Notes under the pieces: generated by a model
What the model saw: only the letters and a program-made list of their open reading frames with translations
What the model was told of the DNA's origin: nothing
Database searches by the model: none
Assembly: GCA_011364925.1 (NCBI GenBank)
Contig: RDOA01000058.1
Span: 1 to 20,783, forward strand
Length of the DNA: 20,783 nucleotides
Direction: 5' to 3'
From: Promethearchaeota archaeon
GTDB taxonomy: Archaea; Asgardarchaeota; Lokiarchaeia; Sigyniarchaeales; SOKP01
Shown: in pieces, positions 16,624 through 20,783 of the stretch
How positions within the stretch are numbered: the first letter of the stretch is position 1
How the letters are laid out: every line of letters begins with the position of its first letter
Program-made: the position numbers and the translations under genes

Positions 16624-17235
16624 ATGGAAATCAAAAGTTATAATTTGCTAAATGTGGGTGTTGGTGGTCAAGGCGTTATTCGAGCATCGCAAATCCTCTC
16701 GTATGCTGCTTTACTTGAGAATTATAAAGTCAGAACAGCCGAGATTCATGGTATGGCCCAGAGAGGAGGATCGGTTGCGTCGTATCTCCGCTTTGGCACT
16801 GAAGTAGAAGGACCATTGATTCCTCGGGGAAAAACTAACACAATTTTAGCTTTTGAAGCAAGTGAAGCGGTAAGGATTTTCAATTACGCTGGACCGGAAA
16901 CTGTGTTTTTGATTAGCGAAAAGATTATCATTCCTCCAATGATTCATCAAATGGGAATGGACTATCCCAATATATCTGAAATCAGCGCGTTTCTGAAAAA
17001 CATTTCGAAAAACATTTTCTTTATAGATGGTATAAAAATCGCTACAGATTTAGGAAATTTAAGAACGATGAACGTTGTGATGTTAGGAGCTTTGCTTGGT
17101 TTAAATGTTTTACCACTTCGAAAAGAAACTCTCGAAAAGGCAATTTTAAGATATCTCCCTCAAAAGTTGCACGAGGTAAATAGTAGAGCGTTTGCATTAG
17201 GAATTGAAACTGGAAGAAAATTAGGGGGAAATTAA
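16624..17235 (+). CDS. iorB: Indolepyruvate:ferredoxin oxidoreductase beta subunit
   Basis: GVGGQG, EIHGMAQRGGSV, N.VMLGAL, N..AF..G. Confidence 0.93.
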   Translation: MEIKSYNLLNVGVGGQGVIRASQILSYAALLENYKVRTAEIHGMAQRGGSVASYLRFGTEVEGPLIPRGKTNTILAFEASEAVRIFNYAGPETVFLISEKIIIPPMIHQMGMDYPNISEISAFLKNISKNIFFIDGIKIATDLGNLRTMNVVMLGALLGLNVLPLRKETLEKAILRYLPQKLHEVNSRAFALGIETGRKLGGN

Positions 17236-19140
17236 ATGAGTAGACCAGATTTTGCAAGCGAACAGGTTGGAATGAAAGTTATAATGTTAGGAAACGAGGC
17301 TATAGCTAGGGGACTTTTAGAAGCAGGACTAGTTATTGGTGCGGGGTACCCAGGAACTCCGTCGTCTGAAATTCTTCCAACTTTAGCAGAGATGCAAAAA
17401 TATTTCCCTCATCTTAAATTAGAATGGAGTGTGAACGAAAAAGTAGGTTTTGAAGTTGCTTACGGAGGATCAATGTCAAATGTGCGTTCCGTTGCAGTTA
17501 TGAAGCATGTAGGAGTAAATGTAGCTTCAGATGCTTTTATGACTGCTTGTTATGCGGGAGCGAGAGGTGGGATGGTCCTAATTTCAGCAGATGATCCTAA
17601 TTGCTATTCCTCCCAAAATGAACAAGATAATCGATATTTTGGGTTACACGCGTTAGTTCCTGTGTTTGAACCCTCTACGCCTCAGGAAGCAAAGGATATG
17701 ATTAAATACGCGTTTGATTTTTCCGAAGAATACCAATCTTTAGTTTTGTTTCGCACTACGACCAGATTAAACCACGGTAGAGGGGACGTGGTTCTTGGAA
17801 ATGTCAACATTCAAAACCGTGATACTGGTTTTGATTGGGATCGTTCTCGATGGGTATGCTTGCCATCACACTCAAGAGTATTGCGAATGAGGTTATTGGA
17901 AAGACTAGACGATATTTCCGAGTTTGCTGACGATTTTCCATTTAATTCGATACAATTATCAGGAGAAAGAGTAAATGGCGTTCGATATGGATTTGTAGCA
18001 GCGGGAGTCCCGTACTCTCAACTTTTGGACGCGCTTAATTTTTATGGGATTAGGAAAAAAGTATCAATCTTAAAACTCGGTTTAGTGTATCCTCCTCCTA
18101 AAAAATTAATTAAAAAATTATTCGATTCTTGTGACGAAATCGTAGTTGTCGAGGAATTAGAGCCTTTTATAGAAAACATTTTAAAACAAAACGCATTTGA
18201 AGAAGGTTTTTCCAAAGAAATCAAAATACATGGAAAAGATATTTTTCCACAAAATGGAGAGTTTGCAGGGGAAATTTATTTAGAAAATGTGGCTCGTTTA
18301 ATGGGATTTTCCTATAAGACGGTTCCTGTTCCTGACAGCATGATGATTATTCCACCGAGATTGCCTATTTTATGCCCTGGATGCGGTCATAGAGCGACTT
18401 TTTACGCGATAAAACAGGTTGAAAAGAAGATGAAAACGAAATTCGTTAATTCTTCAGATATAGGTTGTTATACATTAGCTGTATACAAACCTTTAGAAGG
18501 AATTGATACAGAAGTTTGTATGGGAGGTTCGATTGGTTTAGCAAACGGTATAGCAAAAGTACAGAGCAAAGAAAATCCCGTTCTAGCAATCTTAGGAGAC
18601 TCCACTTTCTTTCATTCTGGAATTCCCGCCTTGATTAACGCAGTTTTCAATAAAAACAATATATTGGTAGTAATACTAGACAATCGATCGACGAGTATGA
18701 CTGGGTTTCAAGATAATCCAGGTACAGGTGTTACGATTACAAACGAACCGGGTGTTCGCGTAGTATTGGAGGATCTTGTTAAAGGTTGTGGTGTTTCTGC
18801 TGATAAAATTTGGGTAGAAGATGCAAACGATTTGAATAAAACTGTAGAAAAATTAGAAGAAGCAGTTAAAGCTGAAGGTGTCCGCGTTTTCATCTCACGG
18901 CATTTATGTTCGTTACTCGAATCGAACCAATTTCGAGCTCAACAAATTACCCCTCCAACCATAGATGTTAACCCTGAAAAATGCACTGGATGTTTAATAT
19001 GCGTCAATAAATTTGGCTGTCAAGCGCTAAATTATGACGAGGAGAGTAGAAAAGTGTCAATTGAACAATCTGTTTGCAGGGGGTGCAAAGTATGCATTGA
19101 TGTATGCTCTCAAAACGCAATTTATGAGGTAGATGCTTAA
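17236..19140 (+). CDS. iorA: Indolepyruvate:ferredoxin oxidoreductase alpha subunit
   Basis: GNEAIARG, YPGTPSSEI, NEKV, MKHVG.NVA.D, SSQNEQD, LCPGCGHR, DIGC, GDSTFFHSG..DN (TPP motif), C-terminal ferredoxin. Confidence 0.96.
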   Translation: MSRPDFASEQVGMKVIMLGNEAIARGLLEAGLVIGAGYPGTPSSEILPTLAEMQKYFPHLKLEWSVNEKVGFEVAYGGSMSNVRSVAVMKHVGVNVASDAFMTACYAGARGGMVLISADDPNCYSSQNEQDNRYFGLHALVPVFEPSTPQEAKDMIKYAFDFSEEYQSLVLFRTTTRLNHGRGDVVLGNVNIQNRDTGFDWDRSRWVCLPSHSRVLRMRLLERLDDISEFADDFPFNSIQLSGERVNGVRYGFVAAGVPYSQLLDALNFYGIRKKVSILKLGLVYPPPKKLIKKLFDSCDEIVVVEELEPFIENILKQNAFEEGFSKEIKIHGKDIFPQNGEFAGEIYLENVARLMGFSYKTVPVPDSMMIIPPRLPILCPGCGHRATFYAIKQVEKKMKTKFVNSSDIGCYTLAVYKPLEGIDTEVCMGGSIGLANGIAKVQSKENPVLAILGDSTFFHSGIPALINAVFNKNNILVVILDNRSTSMTGFQDNPGTGVTITNEPGVRVVLEDLVKGCGVSADKIWVEDANDLNKTVEKLEEAVKAEGVRVFISRHLCSLLESNQFRAQQITPPTIDVNPEKCTGCLICVNKFGCQALNYDEESRKVSIEQSVCRGCKVCIDVCSQNAIYEVDA

Positions 19141-20527
19141 ATTTATGCTTTACAATTTCTTTTATCCGAAATCCATTGCTATCATCGGAGCGACAGCCAA
19201 TCCAAAAAAGTTTGGTAATGCTGTTACCACGAATATCTTAAAAAACAAGGATATAAAGAGCGAAGTATTTCTTATTTCTCATGGCAGCAAGGAGATACAA
19301 GGAATAAAGACGTACGACTCTCTTTTAGATGTTCAAGATGAAGTAGAGATCGCAATCATATTAGTGCCAGCTAACTTCGTAGAATCTGTAGTTGACCAAT
19401 GTATAGAAAAACAAGTTAAAGGTATTATAATCGTAACTTCTGGGTTTGGAGAAGTGGACGAAGCAGGAAAAATCAAAGAAAAACAAATAGTGGGTAAATG
19501 TAAAAAAGCTGGAATCCGAGTAATCGGTCCTAATTGTGTAGGAATTCAGAACGCAGATATTGGCCTAAATGCGTCATTTATCCAAACTCCACCTCAAGGA
19601 GAAGTCAGCATGATAAGTCAATCGGGTTCTTTTGGATGCGCCGTATTTTATGAAATGGAACGAGATGTAGTAGGTTGCTCAAAATTTGCAAATATAGGTA
19701 ATGCTGTTGATGTCTCTTTTGATGAATTTCTTTCATTTTTCACTCAAGATGAAAATACAAAAACTATTTGTATTTATATTGAAACACTCACGCACGGAAG
19801 AAAATTCTACGATACGCTTAAAGAAATTACTCGAATCAAACCAGTAATTGTGCTAAAAGGTGGAAAGACCATTACAGGTATGCTAGCAGCTCAAAGTCAT
19901 ACGGGATCAATCGCTTCGAATTATGAGATTCTAAAAACAGCTGTAAAACAAGCAGGAGCAATAATGTGTGAAGATGTATCCGATTTCATAACTGCAATTA
20001 AAACTCTTTCATTTCTTGTTCCTCCTGAAGGAGAGAATGTAGGAATTCTCACTAATAGCGGAGGTAATGCCGTTTTTTTTAGTGATAATGTGGATAAATT
20101 CAATCTAAAACTTGCTGAATTTTCCGATACGCTAAAAGAAAAGATTTCACCTCATTTGATATCGTTAGTACAAAAAATTAATCCTCTCGATATGATTGGG
20201 GTAGCTGAAGAGGAACAGTATTACTATGTTGCCAAAGAAATGTTTGAAGACAAGGGAATTGATATCGTTGTGGGAAGCGCTGTAATACCCCCTTTTTTAG
20301 GAATGAAGTCCGATGAACATTTTCGTGGGCTAATCCGAGCTTGGAACGAAACGGGTAGGAAAAAACCATTAATTCCCTTATTTTTATTTAGTGAAGGTTT
20401 TGATGAATTAAAGGAAATAGCGAGAAAAGAAAAAATCCCAATTTTCTATACACCACACGAAGCTGCTTACGCGATCAAGTTGTTGATTTTGCGTAAGAAA
20501 TTCTTAAACCATAAATCAAATAGTTAA
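19133..20527 (+). CDS. acdA: ADP-forming acyl-CoA synthetase (acetate-CoA ligase) alpha subunit
   Basis: PKSIAIIGA CoA-binding fold, SGFGE, GPNCVG, SQSG, SHTGS phospho-His, TNSGG, NPLD. No ATP-grasp beta domain. Start is ATG 19133 or 19145. Confidence 0.92.
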   Translation: MLKFMLYNFFYPKSIAIIGATANPKKFGNAVTTNILKNKDIKSEVFLISHGSKEIQGIKTYDSLLDVQDEVEIAIILVPANFVESVVDQCIEKQVKGIIIVTSGFGEVDEAGKIKEKQIVGKCKKAGIRVIGPNCVGIQNADIGLNASFIQTPPQGEVSMISQSGSFGCAVFYEMERDVVGCSKFANIGNAVDVSFDEFLSFFTQDENTKTICIYIETLTHGRKFYDTLKEITRIKPVIVLKGGKTITGMLAAQSHTGSIASNYEILKTAVKQAGAIMCEDVSDFITAIKTLSFLVPPEGENVGILTNSGGNAVFFSDNVDKFNLKLAEFSDTLKEKISPHLISLVQKINPLDMIGVAEEEQYYYVAKEMFEDKGIDIVVGSAVIPPFLGMKSDEHFRGLIRAWNETGRKKPLIPLFLFSEGFDELKEIARKEKIPIFYTPHEAAYAIKLLILRKKFLNHKSNS

Positions 20528-20643
20528 GATTGTTAATTTTTAAATAACAATATATATAAATTGTATACAAGAGTAGTATTATTTTAGAAAAGATTTCTTC
20601 GAGATTTTAGATGATAAGGCTTAAAAGTATTGATAATTTTCGT

Positions 20644-20696
20644 GGTATCACCATCATCGCAATGATCTGGCTTCATTTAAGCGATTGGTGGTTATC
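20644..20696 (+). other. GC-enriched bulged stem-loop (candidate small RNA or UTR structure)
   Basis: ACCATCATCGC pairs with GCGATTGGTGGT, with an inner AATGA/TCATT stem and a 7-nt loop. Confidence 0.35.
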
Positions 20697-20741
20697 TGGA
20701 GATTTTCGCTGGTTTGAAGGATTTTCCCTTCTAGTAGTAAA

Positions 20742-20783
20742 TTATGTTTTTTGGGTTAGTTTCCAATTTATCTCAGGAATTAG
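20742..20783 (-). CDS. Possible 3' end of a gene entering from the right (..LIPEINWKLTQKT*)
   Basis: Open frame from the window edge to TAA at 20744-20742; too short to identify. Confidence 0.3.
   Translation of the reverse strand, partial: LIPEINWKLTQKT

Noticed and set aside
6817-20369. Remaining short (60-84 aa) track ORFs opposite GDPD, MBL, CoA-transferase, crotonase, ACAD, etf, ior and acd
   Set aside because: All lie antisense within well-supported genes and have no recognisable features.
1-20783. Selenocysteine/pyrrolysine recoding
   Set aside because: No recognised gene is interrupted by an in-frame TGA/TAG at a conserved position, and no convincing SECIS was seen.

Overview
AT-rich prokaryotic window with archaeal-type GAGGTGA-like ribosome-binding sites. 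The gene content (roadblock-like domain, IorAB, ADP-forming acyl-CoA synthetase, long coiled-coil orphans) best fits an anaerobic archaeon, probably Asgard/Lokiarchaeia; this is inference only. Left to right: the 5' end of a methylmalonyl-CoA mutase gene; an ion-transport block (two tandem MscS channels, CorA, an ArsB/NhaD/SLC13-type permease coupled to a roadblock + coiled-coil protein); an all-helical, possibly BAR-like protein; a Cys-rich SCP2 protein with a degenerate GDPD; PfpI, DUF1801 and an MBL hydrolase; then a + strand acyl-CoA fermentation block (CoA-transferase, crotonase, acyl-CoA dehydrogenase, EtfB, ferredoxin-EtfA, a ~970 bp gap, IorB, IorA, ACD alpha). Main observations: (1) three genes appear to start at ATA/ATT codons in the same register behind an SD, and the ORF track truncates them; (2) a BAR-like three-helix protein; (3) a Zn-finger-SCP2 fusion paired with a GDPD that lacks catalytic residues; (4) a probably bifurcating Etf/ACAD module with a fused ferredoxin. 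No rRNA, tRNA, CRISPR array or mobile element was recognised.
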